64,000 nucleotides of DNA from NCBI GenBank assembly GCA_050945075.1, contig JBMNSG010000002.1, positions 5,963 through 69,962 on the forward strand, read 5' to 3'. Shown piece by piece: positions 1-8,966 of the stretch (its first letter is position 1; each line of letters begins with the position of its first letter). The translations under genes and the position numbers were made by a program. Under the pieces are notes generated by a model that worked only from the letters and a program-made list of their open reading frames with translations, was not told the DNA's origin and did no database searches. The DNA is from Eubacteriaceae bacterium (GTDB lineage: Bacteria; Bacillota; Clostridia; Eubacteriales; Eubacteriaceae).

Positions 1-196
1 TTTTATTAACAGCATTGCAAATAACAGAAGGAACGGTTAAAATAAAAGTAAGATGAAACTAACATATTATGAAACAGATGGCTATGGACGATATCGTGTT
101 GTATTTCCTTTATCGCAGTGTCTGAATCTGTTAACCTGAACAATAGAAACAATCGTATGAAACAGAATAATGAGAAAACTCATCTGAAAGGAGTTT

Positions 197-1003
197 ATGA
201 TGAATCAGACAATGTCGCCGGTTCTGCTGGCGGGATGTGCGGGCCTGTTTACCTGGGGGATGACAGCCCTGGGTGCTTCAATGGTCTTCTTTTTTAAGGA
301 ACTGAACAAAAAAGTTTTAAATATTATGCTGGGATTTGCAGCCGGGGTCATGGTGGCAGCCAGCTTCTGGAGTCTCCTGCAGCCGTCCATCGAGATGTCT
401 GCGGATCTCTCGGTCCCACAGTGGTTTCCGGCACTGATCGGTTTTGTGCTGGGTGGTGCGGCACTGTATCTGCTGGACAAGCTGCTTCCGCATATTCATC
501 CGGAAACAGGGCACCAGGAAGGGATCAAGACTTCCTGGCAGCGCAGTCTTCTGCTGGTGCTGGCGATTACCATTCATAATATCCCGGAAGGTTTTGCCGT
601 AGGTGTAGCCTTTGGCGGACTGGCATCAGGGAATGCGCTGTTCAGTCTTTCTGCAGCGATTTCTCTGGCACTGGGGATCGGACTGCAGAACTTCCCGGAA
701 GGGGCAGCTGTGTCGATTCCGCTTCGTCGTGAAAACATGAGTCGTGTCCGCGCTTTCAATTACGGACAGCTTTCCGGCTTTGTAGAACCGGTTGCTGCAG
801 TCATCGGTGCGGCGGCAGTCTTCTATATTCAGGCGATTCTGCCGTATGCGCTGGCTTTTGCAGCAGGCGCCATGCTGTATGTTGTCGCTGATGAACTGAT
901 TCCGGAATCACAGCTGGGACATGATCATGAAATTGAATTTTCGACACTGGGCTTCATGGGCGGGTTTGCCATTATGATGCTTATGGATGTCGCATTGGGC
1001 TGA
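197..1003 (+). CDS. zupT: ZIP family divalent metal (zinc) transporter, ZupT-like
   Basis: 268-aa polytopic ORF with the [10 protein letters not shown] motif and a His-rich loop ([11 protein letters not shown]) typical of ZIP/ZupT. GGAG lies just upstream; the second ATG at 200 may be the true start. Confidence 0.85.
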   Translation: MMNQTMSPVLLAGCAGLFTWGMTALGASMVFFFKELNKKVLNIMLGFAAGVMVAASFWSLLQPSIEMSADLSVPQWFPALIGFVLGGAALYLLDKLLPHIHPETGHQEGIKTSWQRSLLLVLAITIHNIPEGFAVGVAFGGLASGNALFSLSAAISLALGIGLQNFPEGAAVSIPLRRENMSRVRAFNYGQLSGFVEPVAAVIGAAAVFYIQAILPYALAFAAGAMLYVVADELIPESQLGHDHEIEFSTLGFMGGFAIMMLMDVALG

Positions 1004-1033
1004 TGCCTGGAAGCACTGGAAACAGGAGTAAAT

Positions 1034-1870
1034 ATGATAACAATCGGACCGCACGTATCGATCGCTAAAGGCTTTCTGCACGCTGCGAAGGACGCGAAGT
1101 CGATGGGAGCCAACACCTTCCAGTATTTCACCAGGAATCCGCGTGGTGGAGCTGTTAAGGCACTGGATCCCGGGGATCTGGAAGCCTGCCGTGTATTTAT
1201 GGAGGAAAATAGTTTTGGCCCCATACTGGCGCACGCGCCGTACACCCTGAATATGGCTTCTTCTAAAGAAGAAACCCGTGATTTTGCATTCCGGGCTTTT
1301 ACAGAGGATCTGGAACGGATGGAAAGCATTCCCTGCAGCCTCTATAATTTTCACCCCGGTTCCCATACCGGAGACGGAGTTGACACCGGCATTGACCGCA
1401 TCATCGACATTCTGAACCGCGGGCTCCGGCCTGAGTTTACGACTACGGTGCTGCTGGAGACCATGGCTGGCAAAGGCACCGAAATCGGCCGCAGCTTCGA
1501 GGAAGTCAGGCGTATTATTGACGGGACGGAACTGTCAGACAAGCTGGGTGTCTGCCTGGATACCTGCCATGTTTTTTCCGCCGGATACGATCTGATCCGC
1601 GAACCGCAGCAGGTCCTTGAGGATTTTGACCGCATTATCGGACTGGACAGGCTCCGGGCCATCCATCTGAATGACAGCAAGATGCCGTTCGCGGCGCATA
1701 AAGACCGTCATGAAAAACTCGGAGACGGGGAAATCGGACTGGAAGCGATCCGCAGCTTTGTATGCAGTCCCGCCGTCCGCGATGTGCCGATGTTTCTGGA
1801 AACACCGAATGACAATGCCGGTTATGCCCGGGAAATCCGGATGATCCGGGAAATCCGGGGAGAAGCATAA
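1034..1870 (+). CDS. nfo: Endonuclease IV (deoxyribonuclease IV, AP endonuclease)
   Basis: 278 aa. N-terminus IGPHVSIAKG, and motifs LLETMAGKG, LDTCH and HLNDSK match the Nfo/xylose-isomerase-like TIM barrel. AGGAG RBS. Confidence 0.9.
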   Translation: MITIGPHVSIAKGFLHAAKDAKSMGANTFQYFTRNPRGGAVKALDPGDLEACRVFMEENSFGPILAHAPYTLNMASSKEETRDFAFRAFTEDLERMESIPCSLYNFHPGSHTGDGVDTGIDRIIDILNRGLRPEFTTTVLLETMAGKGTEIGRSFEEVRRIIDGTELSDKLGVCLDTCHVFSAGYDLIREPQQVLEDFDRIIGLDRLRAIHLNDSKMPFAAHKDRHEKLGDGEIGLEAIRSFVCSPAVRDVPMFLETPNDNAGYAREIRMIREIRGEA

Positions 1871-1890
1871 GGCAGCAATAGAAACGAAAC

Positions 1891-2004
1891 GGATCTGAAG
1901 AAGCGAATCGGATCTGAAGAAGTGAATTGGATCTGAAGAAGTGAATTGGATCTGAAGAAGTGAATCGGATCTGAAGACGCGGATCAGATCTGAAGATGCG
2001 AAAT
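1891..2004. repeat. Tandem repeat, about 6 copies of a 19-bp unit (ggatctgaagaagtgaatt)
   Basis: Head-to-tail copies read directly, starting at 1891, 1910, 1929, 1948, 1967 and 1986; the last two are degenerate. It lies between the nfo stop and a downstream hairpin/T-run. Confidence 0.85.
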
Positions 2005-2256
2005 AAGCCAGTCATGTTTGAAGAAACCAGTCATATCTGAATCTTTGCCGGTCAGGCAGAAAGATCAGTAAACAGCAGAGAATCTGAGCACCGGGATTCC
2101 TACTGTTTTTTGTTTTCCTGATTTGTGTATAAAAAGCAGTTATGAATATACATTTTTTTAACATAACCGTTTAGAAGAAAGCACCAGCGGCGTGATATTA
2201 TAGGTAATAAACATAAATGAAACCGGTATAATAACGGGATATTTCAGGAGACGGAT

Positions 2257-3219
2257 ATGAAAATAGGAATTGATGTAGGCGGCACCAATCTGGCAGCAGG
2301 CGTTGTAGACAGCAAAGGTGATATCGTTCATAAGATCAGCACACCCGCGGAGGTGGAAAAAGGATATCAGTCAATGCTGGACAAGCTCACGGCACTGTCG
2401 GAGGAATTGATTGCTTGGACAAAGGAAAACAAACCCGGAGATCCGGTTACGGAAATCGGAGCAGGTATTCCGGGAATTATTTCAAAAGACGGTTCAACGG
2501 TTGTAAGCGCTCCCAATATTTTCTGGAAGAATGAATCACTGCAGAAGGATTTGTCAGAAAAGACGGGTCTGCCGGTGTACCTGTCTAATGACGCCACGGT
2601 AGCCGGAATTGCAGAAAATGTGTTTGGCAGTACCCGCGGATTCGAAGATGCTTTTATGTATACGCTGGGAACCGGTGTGGGCGGCTGCGTGATCGTGAAT
2701 GGAAAAACTGTGAGCGGGACTCACGGATGTGCCAGTGAAGTCGGTCATACACTGTGCGGACCCAATTTCTATACCTGCAACTGCGGGAAGAACGGCTGTC
2801 TGGAAACCTATGCTTCAGCAACCGGACTGATTAAGCGGGCACAGAAGCTCATCGGGGATGGCAGGGAATCTTCAATTTCCGCTATGGCGGACGGTGATCT
2901 GTCAAAAATCAATGCCAAAATGGTTATCGATGCTGCCAAAGCAGGAGATTCAGTGGGGCTGGAATGCTTTGATATCCTGGTAGACAAGATGACCGATTCC
3001 ATTGCCAATGTCATTGATATCCTGGATCCGGGTGTCTTTACGATTGGCGGAGGCGTGGCCAATGCCGGTGATTTCCTGCTGGATGCGCTTCGTGAAAAGA
3101 TGACGGGCAAGCTTACCTACCCGGAACTGGAACAGCCGGATATCCGTCTGGCCAGTCTTGGCAATGATGCAGGAATTATCGGGGCAGCTTATATCGGAGA
3201 CTATGCCTCCGGGAAATAA
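2257..3219 (+). CDS. glcK: ROK-family glucokinase
   Basis: 320 aa. N-terminal IGIDVGGTN ATPase motif, ROK signature, zinc motif CNCGKNGCLETYAS and C-terminal LGNDAGIIGAA; colinear with Bacillus GlcK. Confidence 0.85.
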   Translation: MKIGIDVGGTNLAAGVVDSKGDIVHKISTPAEVEKGYQSMLDKLTALSEELIAWTKENKPGDPVTEIGAGIPGIISKDGSTVVSAPNIFWKNESLQKDLSEKTGLPVYLSNDATVAGIAENVFGSTRGFEDAFMYTLGTGVGGCVIVNGKTVSGTHGCASEVGHTLCGPNFYTCNCGKNGCLETYASATGLIKRAQKLIGDGRESSISAMADGDLSKINAKMVIDAAKAGDSVGLECFDILVDKMTDSIANVIDILDPGVFTIGGGVANAGDFLLDALREKMTGKLTYPELEQPDIRLASLGNDAGIIGAAYIGDYASGK

Positions 3220-3228
3220 GGAGAAAAC

Positions 3229-4785
3229 GTGAAACGCTACGCATGTATTTTTGTGGGCTGCAACCGCTGTACACTCAGAGTTGCGCAGCGGGGTGCAGGC
3301 GGTAAGGTCAATATTCTGGAACGGGCGGAATTTCCGGTCGATTTCGGAGGCCGGATTTTTGCGGACGAAGCGGTCAGCGCTCAGGCGGTGACGGAGCTGT
3401 GCCGGATTATCCGGGAGTATATTCATATCGCCGAACAGAACGCACCGGAAACCATCGAGGTTTATATCAGCGCGGCACTGCGCAGAGCGATTAACAGCAT
3501 TTATATCTATGAACGCATCCGCGATTCAATCAAGCCGTATCCGGTTATTCTGATGTCGGATGCGGAAGAGCTGGTTAATTTCTGCCGCTCCATGATGCTG
3601 GAAATTCCGTCTCTGGTATCCGCGCAGGAAATGAAAAGCGATTCGCTCATGGTCTCTCTCAAGGGGGACAGCTTTCTGCTGGCTTCCCTGAGCGGAGGGA
3701 TTGTTGATTATATCACCAGAATCCCCATCGGCTACCGCAAGCTTACCGATATGACGGAAAACATTACCGAGCGATCGGAAACGTTTGGCCGTCTGCTCAC
3801 CGAAATCATCACCAACTATATCCGTCCGGTGATGCTTCATCTGGGCAACGGAAGGATCCGCAATATTTACTTCAGCTCGGCGGATTTCGGGGGTGTGGTC
3901 AAACTGGCAGAACCGGGAACGCCGGACGAGGTCAGAAAATACCTGAAATTCGACAAAGATCAGATCAACCGGCTGTATCAGGGCCTCAAGGACCTGATGC
4001 CCAATCAGATTCAGCGAAAGTATCCGGATCTGGAAGAAAGAGAATCGGAAACCGTACTGTTTACCCTGGTTTTCTGCAGAGCGCTGCTGGAATCAGTGCG
4101 GACGGACAGCCTGTACATGATGCCCATGGATCTGTGCAATACCATCACCATGTTCCAGTTCAAACAGACCCGCCTGGGAGCGATTACGGACTGGATTGGC
4201 GATTCTGGTTACGACTGTACCAGAACGGCGGCTGCCACCTACGGAGTGGACCTGCGGCATGCAGAGGAGACGGAGTATTTTGCACTGCGCTTCTTTGACA
4301 CGCTTAAAAAGCGGTATACCTTTGTCAAACGTGAACGGTATCTGCTCAGGCTCTGTTCACTGCTGGTGGATGTCGGACAGTATTTCGGAGAGAGTTACCG
4401 TTCCGAAGCCTGTGAATTTGTGATAAACCGGACCGAAATACTGGGCCTGAGCGAACGGGAACGTTTCCTGTGCGCCAGAATCTGTGCCCACGTCAACGAT
4501 CCCGCGTATAACGGCATCCCGGTGGACGATGACCTGACCCGCAGTGAACAGCTCACCTGTGCCCAGCTCACCGCGGTTTTAAAACTGGCGGAAGCCATGG
4601 ATGCCGGACGCAAGCAGAAAATAAACAAGCTTACCTGCTCGATGACGGAGGATACATTTACGGTGAAGGCCGGGAGCTCCAAGAATAATCATCTGGAACA
4701 GTACGACTTTAATTCCGCCAGATCCTGCTTCAGGCAGGTTTTCGGGCTGAATCCGGTTTTGAGTATAAAGAGGGTGAAAATCTGA
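3229..4785 (+). CDS. Divergent Ppx/GppA-family paralogue with degenerate catalytic motifs (putative pseudoenzyme)
   Basis: 518 aa, GTG start after AAGGAG. The architecture is colinear with the Ppx at 7084, but DIGSNS is replaced by FVGCNR, DIGGGS by SLKGDS and LHDIG by LVDVG. Its stop overlaps the ppk ATG (TGATG). Confidence 0.6.
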   Translation: MKRYACIFVGCNRCTLRVAQRGAGGKVNILERAEFPVDFGGRIFADEAVSAQAVTELCRIIREYIHIAEQNAPETIEVYISAALRRAINSIYIYERIRDSIKPYPVILMSDAEELVNFCRSMMLEIPSLVSAQEMKSDSLMVSLKGDSFLLASLSGGIVDYITRIPIGYRKLTDMTENITERSETFGRLLTEIITNYIRPVMLHLGNGRIRNIYFSSADFGGVVKLAEPGTPDEVRKYLKFDKDQINRLYQGLKDLMPNQIQRKYPDLEERESETVLFTLVFCRALLESVRTDSLYMMPMDLCNTITMFQFKQTRLGAITDWIGDSGYDCTRTAAATYGVDLRHAEETEYFALRFFDTLKKRYTFVKRERYLLRLCSLLVDVGQYFGESYRSEACEFVINRTEILGLSERERFLCARICAHVNDPAYNGIPVDDDLTRSEQLTCAQLTAVLKLAEAMDAGRKQKINKLTCSMTEDTFTVKAGSSKNNHLEQYDFNSARSCFRQVFGLNPVLSIKRVKI

Positions 4786-7067
4786 TGGCAGAAAACTATA
4801 CACCGGGTCCCTATGTCGGACGCGAAACCAGCTGGCTTGACTTCAACTACCGGGTGCTGGAGGAAGCCTACGATAAAACCAATATGATTATGGACCGCCT
4901 GAAGTTTCTGGCGATTACAGCTAGCAACCTCGACGAGTTTTTTATGGTCCGTATCGCCGGTTTGAATGACCAGGTGAGTGTCGGCTATACCAAAAAAGGC
5001 CTGGACGGCCTGACACCGGCTCAGGAGCTGGCGGCTATGCGCGAAGGCACCCACCAGATGATGAAGCGGCAGTACAATTGTCTGACCAAGTCAATCCTTC
5101 CGGAACTGGAACAGGACGGGGTATTCTTTGTCAGCTATAACGAGCTGGACGATTCGGAAAAGAACTTTGTCGAAGAGTATTTTGATGAAGTCTGCTATCC
5201 GGTTCTGACTCCGCAGGCGATCGACAATTCCAGACCCTTTCCGCTTATTACCAACAACGCCGTAAATATCGGTGTTCAGCTTGAAGATACGGACGGTGTT
5301 GCCGGATTTGACAAGGCTGATCTGAACGAGAAAGAAAAAGCGGACAAAAACAGCAAGACCGATAAAAACGATAAATCTGATAAGGCTGATAAATCCGACA
5401 AGAACGACAAATCCGATAAAAACGATAAGTCTGACAAAAGTGACAAGTCCGACAAGAAAAAGAAGAAGAAGGACGATTCGACTCTGTTCGCCATTATCGA
5501 AGTGCCGAAGGGACTGACCCGTGTCATCGCACTTCCACCTTCCGGCAAACCGGATGAACGCCGCTACATATTCCTGGAAGAAGTCATCAAGGCGCATGTC
5601 TCGGAACTGTTTCCGGGTTATACAGTCAGGCACGTAGCGGAATTCAGGATCACCAGAAACGCGGACCTTGCCATTGATGAGGACGAAGCGGAAGATCTGC
5701 TCATCGAGATTGAAAAATCGATTCAGAAACGCAAATGGGGGGCAGCACTCAAGCTGGAAATCCCTCCGGAAATGAACAAGAAGATGCGCAGGATGCTTAC
5801 CGGGATGCTCGAGATCGAAGAAAATGAAATCTACGAACTCTCCGGTCCGCTTGATCTGACTGCTTTTATGAAATTTTCAGGACGTCCGGAGCTCTCCGAA
5901 CTGCGGCAGCCTGTCTGGGAGCCGGTTTTATCGCCTGATTTTTACGAACAGGACGATATCTTCAAGGTGGTCCGGGAAAAGGACCGGGTGCTTTCCCATC
6001 CCTTTGAAAGCTTCAGTACAGTCGTTGACTTCGTCAGACAGGCAGCACGGGATCCGGAGGTACTGGCGATCAAGCAGACCTTATACCGGGTGTCCGGAGA
6101 TTCTCCGATTATCGAAGCATTGATCGAGGCGGCTAATAATGGCAAGCAGGTAACGGTGCTGGTGGAACTGAAGGCACGCTTTGACGAGGCCAACAACATC
6201 GTCTGGGCCAAGAAGCTCGAACATGCCGGCTGCCATGTGATTTACGGTCTGCCGGGACTCAAGATTCACTGCAAGATGATTCTGGTCGTCCGGCGCGAGG
6301 ACGATCAGATTGTCCGCTATGTTCATCTGGGAACCGGGAACTATAACGACGTGACGGCAGGACTCTACACAGACATTGGCCTGTTTACGGCGAAAGAAAG
6401 CTTTGCGTCAGATGTGTCGACACTGTTTAACGTCTTGTCCGGTTATTCGAAATACGAATTGTGGCGCAAGATCGAGGTGGCTCCGCACACGCTGCGGGAA
6501 GCCTTTATGCGGATGATCGACCGTGAAATTGAAAATACGAAAAATGGTGCGGAAGGGCTGATCATCGCCAAGATGAACGCGCTGATCGACGACCGTGTGG
6601 TACAGAAGCTGTATCAGGCTTCGCAGGCAGGCGTGAAGATTCAGCTCGTTGTCCGCGGGATGTGCTCGCTGATTCCGGGCATTGAAGGTATTTCAGATAA
6701 TATCGAGGTCCATTCGATTGTCGGGGAATTCCTGGAACACAGCCGCATCTACTATTTCCTGAACGGGGGCGACGAGGAGGTCTATCTGGCCAGTGCTGAC
6801 TGGATGCAGAGAAACCTGGACCGCCGGATTGAAACCATGTTCCCGGTCGAGGATCCGGACGTCAAAAAACGGGTCCTGCATATTTTAGACACAGTGTGGC
6901 GTGATACAATAAAAACAAGAATTTTACTCAATGACGGCAGTTATGCCCGTGTCGATAAACGCGGGAAAGAACTGATCAGCTCTCAGGATCAGTTCAAGGA
7001 AGAAGCTACGGCTGCCTGGAATGCGGTAAGAAATAAAAAACCGGGCGAGCTGCCTTCGCCGCTCTGA
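4785..7067 (+). CDS. ppk: Polyphosphate kinase 1
   Basis: 760 aa. N-terminus RETSWLDFNYRVLEEA, two PLD-like domains (HCKMILVVRRE; HSRIYYF); canonical PPK1 layout apart from an internal repeat insertion. Confidence 0.93.
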   Translation: MAENYTPGPYVGRETSWLDFNYRVLEEAYDKTNMIMDRLKFLAITASNLDEFFMVRIAGLNDQVSVGYTKKGLDGLTPAQELAAMREGTHQMMKRQYNCLTKSILPELEQDGVFFVSYNELDDSEKNFVEEYFDEVCYPVLTPQAIDNSRPFPLITNNAVNIGVQLEDTDGVAGFDKADLNEKEKADKNSKTDKNDKSDKADKSDKNDKSDKNDKSDKSDKSDKKKKKKDDSTLFAIIEVPKGLTRVIALPPSGKPDERRYIFLEEVIKAHVSELFPGYTVRHVAEFRITRNADLAIDEDEAEDLLIEIEKSIQKRKWGAALKLEIPPEMNKKMRRMLTGMLEIEENEIYELSGPLDLTAFMKFSGRPELSELRQPVWEPVLSPDFYEQDDIFKVVREKDRVLSHPFESFSTVVDFVRQAARDPEVLAIKQTLYRVSGDSPIIEALIEAANNGKQVTVLVELKARFDEANNIVWAKKLEHAGCHVIYGLPGLKIHCKMILVVRREDDQIVRYVHLGTGNYNDVTAGLYTDIGLFTAKESFASDVSTLFNVLSGYSKYELWRKIEVAPHTLREAFMRMIDREIENTKNGAEGLIIAKMNALIDDRVVQKLYQASQAGVKIQLVVRGMCSLIPGIEGISDNIEVHSIVGEFLEHSRIYYFLNGGDEEVYLASADWMQRNLDRRIETMFPVEDPDVKKRVLHILDTVWRDTIKTRILLNDGSYARVDKRGKELISSQDQFKEEATAAWNAVRNKKPGELPSPL
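5308..5478 (+). repeat. In-frame K/D/S/N-rich low-complexity repeat inside ppk
   Basis: Translates to DKADLNEKEKADKNSKTDKNDKSDKADKSDKNDKSDKNDKSDKSDKSDKKKKKKDD. The DNA shows reiterated gayaartcygayaar-type units. Confidence 0.8.
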
Positions 7068-7083
7068 CCGGTGCGGAGGATCT

Positions 7084-8652
7084 ATGGGCAGCAGTAAAAT
7101 CGGCGTGATCGATATTGGCTCCAACAGCTTTCATATGCTCATTGGCGGCTATATCAATCAGATGTATTACCACATTACGGACGATGTCAAAATGAACGTC
7201 CGGCTCTGTGAAGGACTCAATGAAACCGGCGCCATCCGTCAGGACAGAATGGATTACGGGATCCAGACACTGATCATGTTTTCCAACATCTGCCGGACCG
7301 AAGGCCTGGACAAGGTGATCACGGTCGCAACGGAAGCAGTCAGGCGGGCACTCAACGGCAAGGAGTTCGTGCGTCGTGCGAAAGAAGAGGCGGGGATCGA
7401 GATTCAGGTCATTCCGGGAACCATGGAAGCAGAACTTGATTATCTCGGATGCGCCAATACACTGGAAATTGACAACGCGCTGATGATGGACATCGGCGGG
7501 GGTTCTGCGGAATTTGTGCTGATTAAGAATCGCAAGAATATCGCTTCCATAAGCCTGCCGTTCGGGTCAATCAATCTGACAGAAAAATTTGATCTGGGCA
7601 GTAAGGTCACGGAAGACAAAATTCACGAGCTGCAGAAATATGTAAAGTCACAATATAAGGAAATTGATTTCTTCCAGGAAGCCAAAGGCCTGCCGGTTAT
7701 CGGCGTGGGCGGAACCATCCGCAACGTCGCCCGGATTCACCGGCGCCTGATCGACTATCCGCTGGAAATTGCCCATAACTACAAAATGACACCCAGAGAG
7801 GTGGATTATGTGGTAAATCTGGTGGGGAGTCTGTCCGACAAGGAACGTCAGGGCTTTGACGGACTGTCCAAGGGGAGAACCGATATCTTTGTAGCACCGG
7901 CTAATGCACTGCGGATGCTCATTAAATATATTGATGCACCGGAACTCATTATCTCTGACTGCGGGCTGCGCGACGGCCTGATTTACCGGTATTTCGGTTT
8001 CGGACCGGACAATCTGATCTTTGATATTTTCCAGAATTCACTGATCAATGTCATGCTCAACTATGAAGCGGATATGTCGCATTCCTATCAGGTCCTGAAT
8101 ATTGTCATGAAACTCTATCATGAACTAAAGCAGTATCTGACAGTACTGCCGGAGACGGAGAAGGTGATTATCACCAGCTGTATGCTCCACGACATCGGAA
8201 CCAAGATTGCCTATCGCAATCATCATGAGCATTCGTTCTACCTGATTCTTAATTCGGGACTGGAAGGGATCAGCCAGAAGGAATTGCTGCTTTCGGCATT
8301 TATTGCCCTGTATCACCGGACCAACAAGAAAATCCGCATCGACAAGGCTTACGAATTGCTGCTCAACAGTGAAGACAAGGTTGTTATCGATGAAATTTCA
8401 CTGTTCCTCCAGATTGCGGAAAATCTGGATATGTCCATGGACGGAGCGGTTAAGGATATCCGGATTTCGGTCACGGATGATCGGGTGACCCTGCATGCGA
8501 TTTCCGTCAATCATACGGTTTTCACAGAACAGATTATGGAAGACTGCGCGAAGAAATTCAGAAGAATTTTCGGCCGTGAGCTTTATGTGCTCAATACGGT
8601 TGTCAGCGTTGATGATATTCAGGACGTTCTGGCTCAGGAAAATCCGTTTTAG
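7084..8652 (+). CDS. ppx: Exopolyphosphatase (Ppx/GppA family)
   Basis: 522 aa with intact motifs IDIGSNSFHM, DIGGGSAEF and the HD-like MLHDIGTKIAYRNHHEHS. GGAGG RBS; ends in TAG. Confidence 0.88.
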   Translation: MGSSKIGVIDIGSNSFHMLIGGYINQMYYHITDDVKMNVRLCEGLNETGAIRQDRMDYGIQTLIMFSNICRTEGLDKVITVATEAVRRALNGKEFVRRAKEEAGIEIQVIPGTMEAELDYLGCANTLEIDNALMMDIGGGSAEFVLIKNRKNIASISLPFGSINLTEKFDLGSKVTEDKIHELQKYVKSQYKEIDFFQEAKGLPVIGVGGTIRNVARIHRRLIDYPLEIAHNYKMTPREVDYVVNLVGSLSDKERQGFDGLSKGRTDIFVAPANALRMLIKYIDAPELIISDCGLRDGLIYRYFGFGPDNLIFDIFQNSLINVMLNYEADMSHSYQVLNIVMKLYHELKQYLTVLPETEKVIITSCMLHDIGTKIAYRNHHEHSFYLILNSGLEGISQKELLLSAFIALYHRTNKKIRIDKAYELLLNSEDKVVIDEISLFLQIAENLDMSMDGAVKDIRISVTDDRVTLHAISVNHTVFTEQIMEDCAKKFRRIFGRELYVLNTVVSVDDIQDVLAQENPF

Positions 8653-8818
8653 AACAGTCCATACAGCCAAATCCAGCGATGGAAAATGGATTCAGGTGGA
8701 GAGGCTGCGGACTAACGGACGGCGGTAGAGAAAAGCATGAAACAGAAGCCGTAAAATCCGTGAAACAGAGACAAAAACAACACGAAAAAAATGTTTGATA
8801 AAAATCTATCATTCTCTC

Positions 8819-8847
8819 TTGACACTTGTGTATACAGGCTGTAAAAT
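8819..8847 (+). promoter_or_regulatory. Near-consensus sigma-70-type promoter with no downstream CDS
   Basis: TTGACA (8819-8824), a 17-nt spacer, then TAAAAT (8842-8847). It sits in the gap between the convergent ppx and xth genes. Confidence 0.45.
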
Positions 8848-8887
8848 GAAGGTGTTCGGAAAGAATGGAAACAGAAATTAAAGAATG

Positions 8888-8940
8888 AGAGGCCGGAGAT
8901 CTTAATAGAATAGAGACTCCGGCTCTTTGTGTTTATTTTT
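8888..8940 (+). terminator. Hairpin plus T-rich tail
   Basis: ccggag (8893-8898) pairs with ctccgg (8917-8922), with extra flanking pairs, followed by tttgtgtttattttt. The T-run is present on the + strand only. Confidence 0.45.
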
Positions 8941-8966
8941 GGAAATATCTGAAAACAGAAGGTTTG

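Noticed and set aside
1891-2004. Possible CRISPR array
   Set aside because: The repeats are contiguous with no spacers, the unit is only 19 bp, and there are no cas genes.
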